A DNA stretch of 64,000 nucleotides, taken from the NCBI RefSeq assembly GCF_001194135.2, contig NC_068981.1, positions 180,773,047 to 180,837,046 of the forward strand, given 5' to 3'. Source of the DNA: Octopus bimaculoides. Its lineage: Eukaryota. The notes below the pieces were generated by a model, which was not told where the DNA came from, did not search any database, and was given only the letters and a program-made list of their open reading frames with translations. This document shows, piece by piece, positions 13,694 through 26,370 of this stretch. How positions within the stretch are numbered: position 1 is the stretch's first letter; the number at the start of each line of letters is the position of its first letter. Made by a program: the position numbers and the translations under genes.

Positions 13694-14250
13694 ATATAGA
13701 TTTAATCAAAAGATTAAGTGTGGTACTTAAAATGTTTGAGGCACCAGAATTTGGTAGGGTATAAACCAAAAACAAAATCAAGAGATTTGGTGAATAAAAT
13801 TTTAAGAAAAGCAACAAAAATTCAATATGAAACGTACGTACTGCTATAACCTATTGAATTTTTGTTGCTTTTCTTCANNNNNNNNNNNNNNNNNNNNNNN
13901 NNNNNNNNNNNNNNNNNNNNNNNNNNNNNNNNNNNNNNNNNNNNNNNNNNNNNNNNNNNNNNNNNNNNNNNNNNNNNNNNNNNNNNNNNNNNNNNNNNNN
14001 NNNNNNNNNNNNNNNNNNNNNNNNNNNNNNNNNNNNNNNNNNNNNNNNNNNNNNNNNNNNNNNNNNNNNNNNNNNNNNNNNNNNNNNNNNNNNNNNNNNN
14101 NNNNNNNNNNNNNNNNNNNNNNNNNNNNNNNNNNNNNNNNNNNNNNNNNNNNNNNNNNNNNNNNNNNNNNNNNNNNNNNNNNNNNNNNNNNNNNNNNNNN
14201 NNNNNNNNNNNNNNNNNNNNNNNNNNNNNNNNNNNNNNNNNNNNNNNNNN

Positions 14251-14281
<31 letters not shown>

Positions 14282-14818
14282 CATACAGATAGGAATGTGT
14301 GTGTGTGATACATTTCCACACAGTTTTTGTTACTCACAAGGCACTGGTTGCCCCAAGGTTACAGAAGACACTTGCTTGAAGTACGCATAATGAGATGGAA
14401 CCAGAAACCACATGGTTGCGAAGTGAGCTGCTTAACCACACAGCCACGTTTGAGTCTTTTTTTTTCTGTCCTTTTTTTAAAAAACAGATAGTTGAATAAC
14501 ACACAATACAGATCTCCCTGTAGCTGAAGCTGATTAACACCATTTTTCTTTCCCTCTTTCTTTTTTTTTTTTTTATTATGTGTTGAGTTCCCCTAATTAT
14601 TAGTAGTCTCTAGCTCAAGGGTAGATTACATCTGCCTTAACTTTGTCAAAGCTTGTAACAAAATTCATTACAATCTACTTTATAATCACAAACCAAGAAA
14701 ACAGGAAAGTTGAGTTTGGCTTGTATATTTCCTGAAAAATGGATGTGCAAGAGTAACAGCCGGAACCTTTTTGTGAATTAACTAACATATTATTTGTTTT
14801 TTTGTTTTTAACGTATAG

Positions 14819-14965
14819 TTACTGTAGGAAAGGCAGCTTCCATGACACTTTTCAGGTCCTTTGTGAATGGTGGGAGTGGAAGAGACAGAAAGGAAACTAC
14901 CCTAAGAGCAGAGAACTGGCCCAAATGCTTGCAACAGGCTGGGCTGTAGATCAGCAAATAGCAAG
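14819..14965 (+). CDS. candidate exon of unidentified plus-strand gene (YCRKGSFHDTFQVLCEWWEWKRQKGNYPKSRELAQMLATGWAVDQQIA)
   Basis: Long T-rich tract plus TAG (alternative in-frame AG giving start 14828); protein-like composition; needs GC donor AAG|GCAATG to join the next exon. Confidence 0.55.
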
Positions 14966-15527
14966 GCAATGTTGTTAAATTCGATGGTAGATTAAATTTA
15001 TTAACCAAAACAGGAATGGATCTTTCAACAGGCTCCTGCACAGTTTCCATCTACCAAGTTTCATTCACACAGCCTTGATTGATCCAAAGTTATGGTAGAA
15101 GACACTTAACCCAAGGTACTGCACTGTGAGAGTCAAACTTAGAACCGTGTAGCTGTGAAGTGAACTTTTTAAGCACACTGCTGCATCTGTATCCAGTTAT
15201 GTCACAGACATAATAGCTACAGAAAATCATGATTAGACCCTTCTATTTGACAACTTTATTTTTCCTTCACAATGCAGTCAGATTTCATGTGATTCAGAAA
15301 ATGTTTTGGAATAGCTCGTCATCAAATTAGGCACAAGCGTGGATGCATATACATCTTTTATCTTGTCTTTTACCCATTTCAGTCATTAGGGTACAGCCAT
15401 ACTGAAGCCCCACCTTGAAAACATTTTCGTCAAATACTTTTCCTTTTAACCTGCTACTTATTCTATCTGTCTCTTTTGAGAGACAAACAGACACAAACAC
15501 ACATGTATATATATATATATATATATA

Positions 15528-15827
15528 TTTGGCAGGAATGGCAACAAAAGAAAGAAAGAGACCTCGATATTATGCAAATAGAGGAATGTATCCGTACGAA
15601 GGTTTTTTCCATAAGGGCTACTACGGCTTATTTTTGGAAGATCACCAGTAACCGGTTGAGGACTCTGCCCCACAGAAGAATTGAAGAGGCTCCCATAACG
15701 GTTGTTTTTCAAATAGAACCTCCGGTGGCTGGATAACTGAAGAGATGGTCGGAGCGGAACACCGCCCGGGCATCGGAAACTCAGAGTTTTATCATGGCTA
15801 CTGAATAAGTGTCACATATTTTTACAG

Positions 15828-15830
<3 letters not shown>
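15528..15830 (+). mobile_element. Penelope-like terminal repeat with hammerhead-like motif
   Basis: Inserted in (TA)n; CTGAAGA...GAAAC core with helix I GATAA/TTATC. Confidence 0.55.
15732..15793 (+). ncRNA. type I hammerhead ribozyme-like motif (imperfect)
   Basis: GATAA-CTGAAGA-long helix II-(G)GAAA-CTCAGAG-TT-TTATC. Confidence 0.5.
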
Positions 15831-15859
<29 letters not shown>

Positions 15860-16230
15860 GACAAGCTTCTTTCAATTTCCATTTACCAAATCCACTCACA
15901 AGGCTTTGGTCGACATGAAGCCATAACAAAAGAGGTGCCATGTAGTGGGACTGAACCTGGAACCGGGTGGTTGGGAAGCAAGCTTCTTACCAGAAAGCCA
16001 CAGAGTGTTAATGTGCATGAGTGTGCGCGTGTCTTTGTTTGTCCCCGTCTACTGCTTGACAACGGATGTTGGTTTGTTTACACCCTCATAACTCAGTGGA
16101 ACAACAGCAAAAGAGACAAACAGAATTAAGTACCAGATTTAAAAATAGATACTTCGGTTGATTTCTTCACCTAAACCCTCTCAAAGCAGTGCACCAGCAT
16201 AGCTGCAGTTCAACGATTGAGACAAATAAA

Positions 16231-16265
<35 letters not shown>

Positions 16266-16420
16266 CATGCATACACACAAACTGTGTGTGACAGCAAAAG
16301 AGGTAGACCTCAATACTGTTGGAAATGGAGGACCATAATTGTTGAATGATACAGTTATGAAGATTCACATACAGAACTTCATGTTTCTATGTCAATGATA
16401 TGATGATCACACTTCTTCAG

Positions 16421-16523
16421 ATGTTGTAAACCTGGTGCCCTTAGCACCATCAAAGTAACTGATGGTTCTATAGGCACTAGAGCTGTGACAGCTGAGGAAG
16501 AACAGAAACTTGAAGTCCTGTAT
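16421..16523 (+). CDS. candidate exon of unidentified plus-strand gene ((R)CCKPGALSTIKVTDGSIGTRAVTAEEEQKLEVLY)
   Basis: CACTTCTTCAG acceptor, GTGAGT donor, open frame, phase 2-0. Confidence 0.6.
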
Positions 16524-17076
16524 GTGAGTCTCCGTAACTATATCATACACACAAACACACACATATATACACACATATACACTACTGAACAGAAAAGAAA
16601 ACTTTCAAAACTGGGAACTATGACCGAGTTTGAGACTATATTTAAATACCTTGTGCTAGTAAAGATCCCCTGATCATTCACCTGTGGTTACTTTAACCAA
16701 AGTGGAGAAGCTAGCTTTCAATATACAAACAATAAACTTATAACAAACCAGTAGAGCAATAGACCATTATAACCCTATCTGTGAAATTTAAATTAATTTT
16801 AAAGAATAGTTGTGCTATATGCTTAAAGACCTAAACCCTCAAACATAAGTTTAATCCCACTGCAGATACTGATATTTAATGTAAAGGTTAGCCTGGCTAT
16901 GCAAACCATGTTCAAAGGCTTTCCAGCCATGACTGTCCCATCTTTACTGCGAGTATATTCTATTATTCTAGTAATGGCCGCAGCTACAGGCTGTGGTCAT
17001 GCTGAAGTAGCTTGATTGCAAAATTTAGTACAACCCCACAGTTGTAGGCCCTGGGAAAGATTGAACCTTGTTTCAG

Positions 17077-17181
17077 GAGGTTCCATGCTGCTGTCTACAC
17101 AAGTTTTCTCACCCACAAAACTACCAAGGCAACAACAATAATGTACTCAGAAACAATCCATACAATCTCTCCCTCCTTTCT
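17077..17181 (+). CDS. candidate exon of unidentified plus-strand gene (EVPCCCLHKFSHPQNYQGNNNNVLRNNPYNLSLLS); may instead read through to TAG at 17224-17226
   Basis: CCTTGTTTCAG acceptor, GTAAGA donor, 105 nt open, phase 0-0. Confidence 0.5.
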
Positions 17182-17939
17182 GTAAGACTATGTATGATTA
17201 GAAGTAGATTTATTTGGTCTCTCTAGCAGATCAAGTAACTGCATAAAGACTTACTCACTGGCATCACCCATAGTCTAAAATTTTATTTGAACACAACTTA
17301 TTTACACAACTTAGTTCATTGTCTGTCAGGTAGCTAAAACTATGTATTACATTAAATTCATAACTGAAATATCACAAGGGTATTTTAGTTGTATTTTTAC
17401 AAACACACCCATAAACATAGGCATATGTTATTTGGTTACAAAAATCCCTAAGTCACCAGAATCTTTAAAACAAACAAAACAAGTATATGTAATCTGGTAC
17501 ATCTACTAATTCTAAAAGAAAAAAGGAAGTAAAAATAAAACGTCAAATTACTTATTTGTACTTCGACAAATATTAACATGTTCACATTGTAATGGGAGTA
17601 AAATATGTCAGCATGAAAACATGTTTTGAACAATAAAAAAATTGTCTAAACAAAAGAACTTTACATGGATGTAGGGAAGAAAAAAAATGTTTGATATGCA
17701 TTGAATGAAACACATGTAGCCAATGGAGCTAACTTTTCTTTCCAGTGTCAAACTTTTATAAGGGGGTGTGTGTGTGTGTGTGTATGTCAGTGTATACATG
17801 CATGCATGTGTGTCAGGCACAGGAGTGGTTGTGTGGCAAGTAGCTTGCGTTCAGTCCCACTGTGTGGCACCTTGGACAAGCTGGTGCTCCAGCATGACTG
17901 CAGTCAAATGACTGAAACAAGTAAAAGAATATATATATA

Positions 17940-18063
<124 letters not shown>

Positions 18064-18206
18064 GAGAGATACACACACACGCACAAAAACTGAACATTTT
18101 TCACTCTAGAAAAGTGAGAAAAAAGAAAGATAAAAATTTATAAAAAGAAAAGGAGGAAAGAAAAATAAATAGGCTAGATATTAATTAACTTTTTTTAAAT
18201 ACCTAC

Positions 18207-18336
18207 CTTAAATTCACAGTGGTCTCCAGTGTATTCGTTAGTACAGGTACAGTTGTAGCCGGCTACAAGATCATTGCAGGTACCATTGTTTATGCAGACT
18301 GTATTGTTAGCACAGTCATCAGTATTGTTCTCACAT
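18207..18336 (-). CDS. crb: crumbs-type exon 18; EGF (CENNTDDCANNTVC...GDHCEFK); last exon found in window
   Basis: ORF 18195-18458; CTACAG acceptor in phase 2 completes AG|A (Arg) from exon 17; AAG|GTAGGT donor, phase 0. Confidence 0.88.
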
Positions 18337-19353
18337 CTGTAGACAGGGACGAAAGCCATTAATATTAGAATAATCATGAAAATACTTTTTCTACAGAAAA
18401 TTGTGTAGGGATATCTATCCGTAAATGATAGATCAACCCTAGCCATTTCTTTAAACAATACTCCAAGTTAAAGTAGATACCGAGGTGGCCGTCAGTAGTT
18501 GGCATGACTATAGCATGTTTCCTGGAGACTATACATATTTCTAGATCATCATCACAGGTAGAGGGAACGAAGTTTTGGTTTTAGCTTCCTGTTTTTGCTT
18601 GTTTTTGTTTTACCAAATTCTTCCGACAAACTTTACAAAACCATCAGATTGCTTAGCTACAAGTACTATGCTTACAAACAGTGTGGGTTTCCTACACCTT
18701 AATAGGATGAAGTAAATCTGTCAGGTGGTCACAGGTAAATTTACCAGCCACCCAACCAGCCAGCTAACCAGCTAACTAGTCAGTCAGGCAGGCAGACAGG
18801 CAGGCAGAAACAGCAGCAGCAGTCACACAAGGCCGAAACTTCAAAAATAGCAAGGATTGTGAAGTCTAAGGAGGCAAGTGATATCTTTTAAAGCCTGTAG
18901 CAGCAAGCAGCACCTGTTATGGCATAAGTCAGGTTTATGAAAGATGTCATGTACAATAAGGCATAACAGTCCATTGTTCTGAGACAGTTGTCAAGAGAGA
19001 AGAGAAAACCAGCTTCTAAATTACTCACAGATGAAAATTAAAACACTGAAAGACACAGAGATATAATTCTTGGACAGAAAAAACTTTTTATGACAAAATA
19101 TAAGCTAAAGGAAGTTATTATGAAAGTGTTACAGGCCTCTTACTACAGGTAAAAATAACATACAATAAGGGTAAATGGAGGGAGGGGGCTATTAAGCTAA
19201 TACTGACATACTACAGGTGGAACAGCTAGAGTAGGCTTGTCTCAGTCAGTGACCTATTTGTGAATGTGTTCATTCACTTTAAGACCTCACATACACCTAC
19301 ACCTCTACTTTTTATCCTGCCTGTTAACCTTGCAACTCTGTGGCAATCAATAC

Positions 19354-19416
<63 letters not shown>

Positions 19417-22400
19417 AAGAACTAGCCACAATGAAGATATGTGACTGATCTACAAGTAGATAGAAGTTTGAGGAATAGTTGAGGCTGAAAAAGAATTTTT
19501 AAATATTAAGAATAAGAATAAGAATAAAACAAAACAGTAAATTATTTTCTTTTCTTAGTGAACAAGAAACGAATGGTGAATTACAATACATAAATTAATT
19601 AATGATTAATCTGAAACTGGTCAAAGACATTTGTATATTTTTAGCTAAGTATAGACACAAATAGAAGGTTTATTATACATGTATTCAGTTTGAAAGATAC
19701 TAATGCCTGAATAATTAACATCATAATCAAAAGCTGACTTTCTTTACATATTTGAAGCTTTAAAGAATCCAACAAGAGTTTCTTAAACCTCTTAACAGTA
19801 ATTCTTCTAGTAAAAAGCAGGAAGACACTTGTGATGTTCACAGCATAGGAATTATGATAATACTCATTAGAAAGAACACAAGTCTTCAGGTATTTCCTGC
19901 AGAGCAAGGATAAGCTCCCAGCAAGAAAATATGCAATGTGGTTTCAATTTTTGGTTGTGCACATTATATTTCATGCACATGCTGGAATGAACAGGAGCAG
20001 GTATGGATAGGTGCTGGCATGACTGTGTGGTTAAAATGTTTCCCTCCCAACCGCATGGTTCTGAGTTCAGTCTCACTGTGTGGCACCTTGGGTAAGTGTT
20101 ATTTTACTACAGCTCTGGACCAACCAAAGCCTTGTGAATGGATTTGCTAGATGGAAAGTGAAAGAAGCCCTTTGTATCATCATCATCATTTAACATCCAC
20201 TTCACCATGCTTGCAGACGGAATTTGTTGATCTGGATTCCTTGTTGAAACCCTTCTTGTCACCAAAATTTACCTGTTTCCAAGGAAGGTTATATTTTCCC
20301 CTGACCAGAAATTTTTCCTTGAAGACTGGAAATGAACAACCTCGCTCATATGATGTTGATGATGTTTATTTACAACCAACGTCGAAACAAGGGTGTACAT
20401 ACATACACAAACACAGACCACACACACACATAGACCACACACGCACATACATATATATACACACATATAAATACATACGTATGATGGGCTTCTTTCAGTT
20501 TCCAACAACCAAATTCACTCATAAGGTTTTGGTCAACCCAAGGCTATAGAAGACACTTGTCCAAGGACTAAACTCAAGACCACATGGTTGGGAAACAAGC
20601 TTTTCAATCACATAGCCATGGCTACACCTATAAATGTCTTCCCTTTTTCAAGGACCTTTTGTTAATCCCTACTCTTTGTTCATATGTATATGACAACACT
20701 CCATCTCCTCTTTTAACCTTTTAGTTACCATATTTCTGTTGAACTCACTGCCTTTGTTTTAATTAATTTCAAAAGTAATGAAGAATTTAGTAAAATAACA
20801 CAAGCTGATGTTTGGAACAAAGATAAATGTGAAATTTTGGTGAAAGGCATATCATGATAGCACCCACAAGACTCCTTCAAAGAGTTGAGGACCCAAGGAA
20901 AAGCAACACATACAACACATTCTCTGTTTAACATCACTGCATGGTCCTTGTGGGGTGTATGCTGTTGGCAGAATTCATTGAATCTGTTACAAGCATCTGG
21001 ACCATGTTTCCAGTTTGAAGATACATTCTCCCTTCTTACCAACCAATCTAAAAGACCCTTTAATTGGTTGTGAGCTCTGCCCTTCCTTTCTCACAAAGTG
21101 ATAAGATAAGAACAAAAAATAAACCAACTTCCCAACAAGTTGAACTATATCTGTCAGACATTGACATACTATCCTGGGTCTTAAACCACCATAAAAGCAG
21201 TAAAACAGGCCAGTGTTAGTTATGGATTAAGATTAAACTGATATCTGCTCATTCATATCAAGGCTACAGACAGTTTGTCTCATCTTGACACAAGGTCAAC
21301 TTTTAAACTGGCCTTGCTAAAGGAGTCTGCATGCAGTCCAGTCCAGAAAAACAGGAACTTATAATAAACTGTGAGGAATTTAGTCCACAACCTCATCATT
21401 TTACCATTTCTAATAATTGAATATCTTTTTTTTGTTTTATCTAGGTGTGGTGGGGATGGCAAGTGAACATATAGACATGTATATGAGTGCATAAGTATAC
21501 ATACATGCACAGACAGATAGAAGTGCATGTGAATATACTTTCATTTATGTGTACTCATGTAAATGTACATGTGTGTATATATGTGCATATGTGTGAATAA
21601 TGTGCATGTATATGTATATGAATATATATACATATACACTCACATTCAAGTGTGTGTGTGTGTATTGACAAACACAGAAACTTATGTATATGTCTGCTTT
21701 AATCTATATTCAAAGCTAAGGAAATTAAATTGCTAATCTGCTTGATGCCTAATAAGCCACAACAGCAGTTAGATGAAGAAGCATCAGCAATAAACTTTAA
21801 TCCTTCAATCAGTGGACAGGATCAACTAGAAATGAGATAATCCCTAACATTGAAACCGATCTACATTTTAAATAGGAGAAGCAGTGTTAGTAGTGGGGGG
21901 AGGGGTAATACAGGGAAAAGACTGGGGTAGTGGAGGGTTTGGAGAGAGAGTAATGGAGAGAGGGTGGAGAATAGGGGACAGTAAACGGAAGGATTGAGAG
22001 TTAAAGGGAGATGAAAATTAGGGAGTAGAACACTGTTGAGGATGAGGTGTCTGAGAGATAAGGGTAAGGAAAAGGAGTGAGAGAGAGAGAGAGATTGTAT
22101 GTGTGTGTATGTATCTGCATGCATGCACGTGTGTGTCAGTGTGTGTTACTGACCCCTTGACAGTGTATGATAGTTGTAAACAAGTGTCACCATCACACAA
22201 GCAGTCTCCATTTTCAATCTTTTGTAAAATCATGTCTGGCCATTGAGAAGTATTACTAGGCAGTAGGTGAGTGTTGATGACAGGAAGGGCATCCAGCTAC
22301 AAAAAAATCCATCTTAAACTCAAGCTCAGCCATGCATGCATGAAGAAATGGACATTAAATTGATGATGATGATGATGACAATTAATAAGCTTCAACAGAT

Positions 22401-23009
22401 TGGGGGGGGGCTCCAAAAGGGGTCTCAGGGAGTGGCATCCCAGCCTTCCTGAGCTAGTTTTCCACCACATTTCTTAAAAATCGTGGTAGAGGCTTTGGTC
22501 TCGGGACCACTCATGTCTAGAAACTGAGGTTAGGGTAAGCAAGGGCATGCTCCCCGTAGAAAATCCAGCTCCAAAAAAGCCTCATGATAACAAGGGAGAA
22601 TGGGCACCAGCCAGCCCAAAGGTTGAGGTGGGCTGCACCTGCCTGCCTCAGTTGCAATGACATTGAGATAGATCTGGCCACTCCCGTTAACAGGGACAAA
22701 ACCCAGATTTAAAACACTGGATGATGTTGATGATGAACAATATGCAAGAATGAACTGGATAAATCTGAAGTACTTAACATCCTTTGGTTCAAATATAATA
22801 TTCCAAATATCATGGAGAATACATTAGCTATTACTGAGAACAATGATGACAACAACAACAACAACAACAATTTCTTTTACCTGGCACTGGAGCAACAGAT
22901 AAGTGGGTGGATGGGGGTTTCAATAAACTTTACCGAAAACAGTGAAAGAGGAGACAACACCATTGCAGTAAGACAAATAATGAAGGATATTATTTTATTA
23001 CTTTTGTAT

Positions 23010-24070
23010 TATAAAAAGATTCCGACCTGGGCCATAGTAACAAAGTCCACCAGCCACACTTCTTGGTCTATCATCACTGCCTCAAGGTCCTGGATACATT
23101 CCAGCCAGTGTCTGCAATCAAGTTGCCAACATAAGTGTAACAACATTTTCCTCTTTTTACATCACAATGAAATAGGTTCTTCTGTCATATGTTGCTGCCA
23201 TTTCACATTTAGGGCCATTTGTAGCATCCTTAATACTTATTGGGGAAAGCGAAAGCGAAATCGGGATGGCACCTGTGCCCAGCGTCGCCTTTCTGGCACT
23301 TGTGCCCGTGGCATGTGTAATGGACTTTCAAGCAAGATTGTTGCCAGTGCCCCTGGACTGGCTCTTGTGCGGGTGGCACATAAAATACACCATTTTGAGC
23401 GTGGCCATTGCCAGTACCGTGTGACTGGCCTTTGTGTTGGTGGCATGTAAAAGCACCCACTACACTCTCAGAGTGGGTGGCGTTAGGAAGGGCATCCAGC
23501 TGTAGAAACTCTGCCAAATCAGATTGGAGCCTGGTGTAGCCATCTGGTTTCACCAGTCCTCAGTCAAATCGTCCAACCCATGCTAGCATGGAAAGCGGAC
23601 GTTAAACGATGATGATGATGATTATCCCATTTGATAATTTCTTTGTCAGTGTCCCTATAGTTGCACTGATTCAACAGTTGCAATGGACAGCTTGATTCTG
23701 ATTTACCTGGGCAATTTGGATTTCCAGACCTTCTTTAGTTTATGACAGGCTGTCCATGCTTGTGCCTTCTTGATCTTGATGTCTGCTTCCCAACTACTCA
23801 CCCAACCATCTAAGTACTTGAAGTCTTCAGCAACATTCAATTTGGAACTACTCAGAGCAAAAAGTTCAGCATCATTTGATTGGTTGAAAGATATGTATTC
23901 GGTTTTCTTGATATTTGTATGCAATCCTATTTTAGCAACTGACGTATCTACTCTGCTGAGTAGCTGTTGTATTTGATCTATTTCATTAGATACGAGTGCT
24001 CTATCATCTGCAAAGTCCAAGTCTGTGATGGCTATTGCTGGTCCTCTCCACGATCTTTGCCAATCAATGG
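23010..24070 (-). mobile_element. degenerate RTE-clade LINE reverse transcriptase fragment, interrupted at about 23241-23622
   Basis: ORF 23703-24254 peptide ITDLDFADD...FKYLDGWV; continuation MLQMALNVKWQQHM below the insertion. Confidence 0.85.
23241..23622 (+). mobile_element. RTE LINE 3' UTR copy with (GAT)n tail
   Basis: Near-identical to the family at 47800-48115 and 48615-49280. Confidence 0.85.
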
Positions 24071-25859
24071 TAGCCAAGGAGACATGTATATAGTAATATT
24101 CAAATGAACTTCCAAAATAGTCAACCAATAGAAAAGACCTATGTTGGATAGCATAAAAGGTGCACTTTTTTTCAAAAAAAGTCTTTAAAAAAATCACCCT
24201 GGCTCCTCTCTGCAAAATTGGGCCTCTCATAAGCTTTAAGGTACTAAAAACCATTTTCTTGAATATGTGCTGCTGAAATTGATGATGTAAACATCATTGA
24301 TAATAAATGTTTCTGTGATTTCTAAATATTTTTGGAGACCCTACTTTTGAGATTACCCTTGTACAATATGGGTGATAGACTTCATCCTTCGTTCAGTTTA
24401 ATACCAAGCTTAGCCTGTGAGTGCCTCTTGCAAAGTCCCCTTTGTTGCAAGTACTGAAGCCAGACTTCCAGTCTGGGAATAAATTCTTCCCTTCATTCCA
24501 CTAGGAGCAGGTGCTGTGTGGTTAAGAAGTGCTTGCTTTGCAACCAGGTGGTATCAGGTTGAGTCCCACCATGTGGCACCTTGAACAAGTATCTTCTATT
24601 ATAGCCCTGGGCCAACCAGTGCCTTGTGAGTGAAATTGGTAGACAGAAATTGTGAGGAAGCCCATGTGTGTGTGTGTGTATGAATGTGTGAGTCTTTGTG
24701 TTTGTGCTGTATTTGTCCCACTGCCATTGCCACCATCACTTGACAACTGGTGTTGGTTTGTTTAGATCCCTTAACAGTTCTGTAAAAGGGGCCAACAGAA
24801 TAAATACCAGGTTTAAAAATAAGTAGTGGAGTCAGTTTGTCCGAGTAAAATTCTTCAAGGCAGTGCCCCAGCATGGTTGCAGTCCAATGACTGAAACAAT
24901 GATTTGACTGTACAGCTATACTTGCACCTATAGCTATTTTTGCGTGTGTTTTTAAACCATATGTCCATTCTAGCGTAATTTTTTCTTTTCTGAGTACCAA
25001 TTAATGTCTTTAATCATCAGTTGTTTCCTGAATCCATTTATAAAAAGTAAAGAGCACCCCACCCCCGCCTCCCAGTCATGAATGACCATGGGATTGCACC
25101 AAGAAAGTTCCCCTCTAAGGCACAAGTTTGGGCAAGGTTGTTTATAGAAGACCAGCAGTCGCCCATGCATATCAGCCTTCTCCTCCATGCCACCGATGCT
25201 ATCCAAGGGAAAGGTAAAAGCCAATACAGCTTGGCACCAGTGATGTCCCAACTCATTTCTGCAGCTGAGCGAACTGGAGGAACGTGAAAAATAAAGTGTC
25301 TTGTTCAAGAGCACAACACACAGCCTAAACCGGGAATCGAACTCATTACCTCATGATTGTAAGTTGAACACTCTGACCACTGAGCCATAGTCATAAATAC
25401 TCTATAAAAACATTTGTCTAAGTCAGATGAACTCCAAAATATATGGAGTTCACCAACAAATAACTCTATATATTCGAGCAAGATCGTTGCCAGTGCCAAT
25501 GGACTGGCTCCTGTGCAGGTGACACGTAATACACCATTTCGAGTGTGGCCTTTGCCAGTAAGACATCTGAGCGAGATCATTGCCAGTGCCCCTGGACTGG
25601 CCCTTGTGCAGGTGGCATGTAAAATACACCATTTCGAGCGTGGCCGTTGCCAGTACCCGCCTGACTGGCCCTCGTGCCGGTGGCATTTAAAAGCACCCAC
25701 TACACTCTCAAAGTGGTTGGCGTTAGGAAGGGCATCCAGCTGTAGAAGCTCTGCCAAATCAGATTGGAGCCTGATGCAGCCATCTGGTTCACCAGTCCTC
25801 AGTCAAATCGTCCAACCCATGCTAGCATGGAAAGTGGACATTAAACGACCATGATGATC

Positions 25860-26072
25860 ACCCTACATGTGACTGACCCTGATTCTATTATAAAAATTTC
25901 TTGTTTTAAAATGATTTAAAATAAAACCTTCCTTCAAAACTTCATGTTGGTTTATATTCCAAACACTAGCTTAATAATAGCACAGCTCTTTTAGTAAATT
26001 ATTCATTAATTTCAAAATTAAGTGAAACAATGGCAGTGTATTTCAACAGAAATATAGTAACAAAAGGGTTAA
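25860..26072 (-). mobile_element. piggyBac-like MITE ending AAAGGG-TTAA (related copies about 20713-20840 and 53270-53490)
   Basis: Shared internal sequence among the three copies; CCCTTT terminus abutting TTAA. Confidence 0.55.
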
Positions 26073-26370
26073 GAAAGTTCTGGTGCCACACAAAAACCAC
26101 CCAGAACACACTGTAAAATGGTTGGTATTAGGAAGAACATCCAGCCATAGAAACCAAGCCAAGTCAGACTGGAACCTGGTGCAGCTCTCATGCTTTCCAG
26201 CTCAAGTCAAACCATTCAACCCACGCCAGCATGGAAAACGGATGTTAGATGATGATGGCGATGATGATGATAACATTTAAGAGAAGCATATGAATATAGA
26301 CCTTCATTAAAGGAATGAAGAGTAACAAAATTTTAACAAAAAAAGTCCTTTTTTATATAAACAGACTTAC

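Noticed and set aside
17095-17179. Minus-strand hydrophobic stretch KEGEIVWIVSEYIIVVALVVLWVRKLV* as the Crumbs TM exon
   Set aside because: It has a charged residue mid-helix and no GTYSPS/ERLI tail, and it is the exact antisense of the Asn-rich plus-strand exon candidate 17077-17181, which explains the hydrophobicity
22812-23450. 212-aa plus-strand ORF
   Set aside because: Chance read-through of an (AAC)n tract, an antisense RTE relic and an RTE 3' UTR
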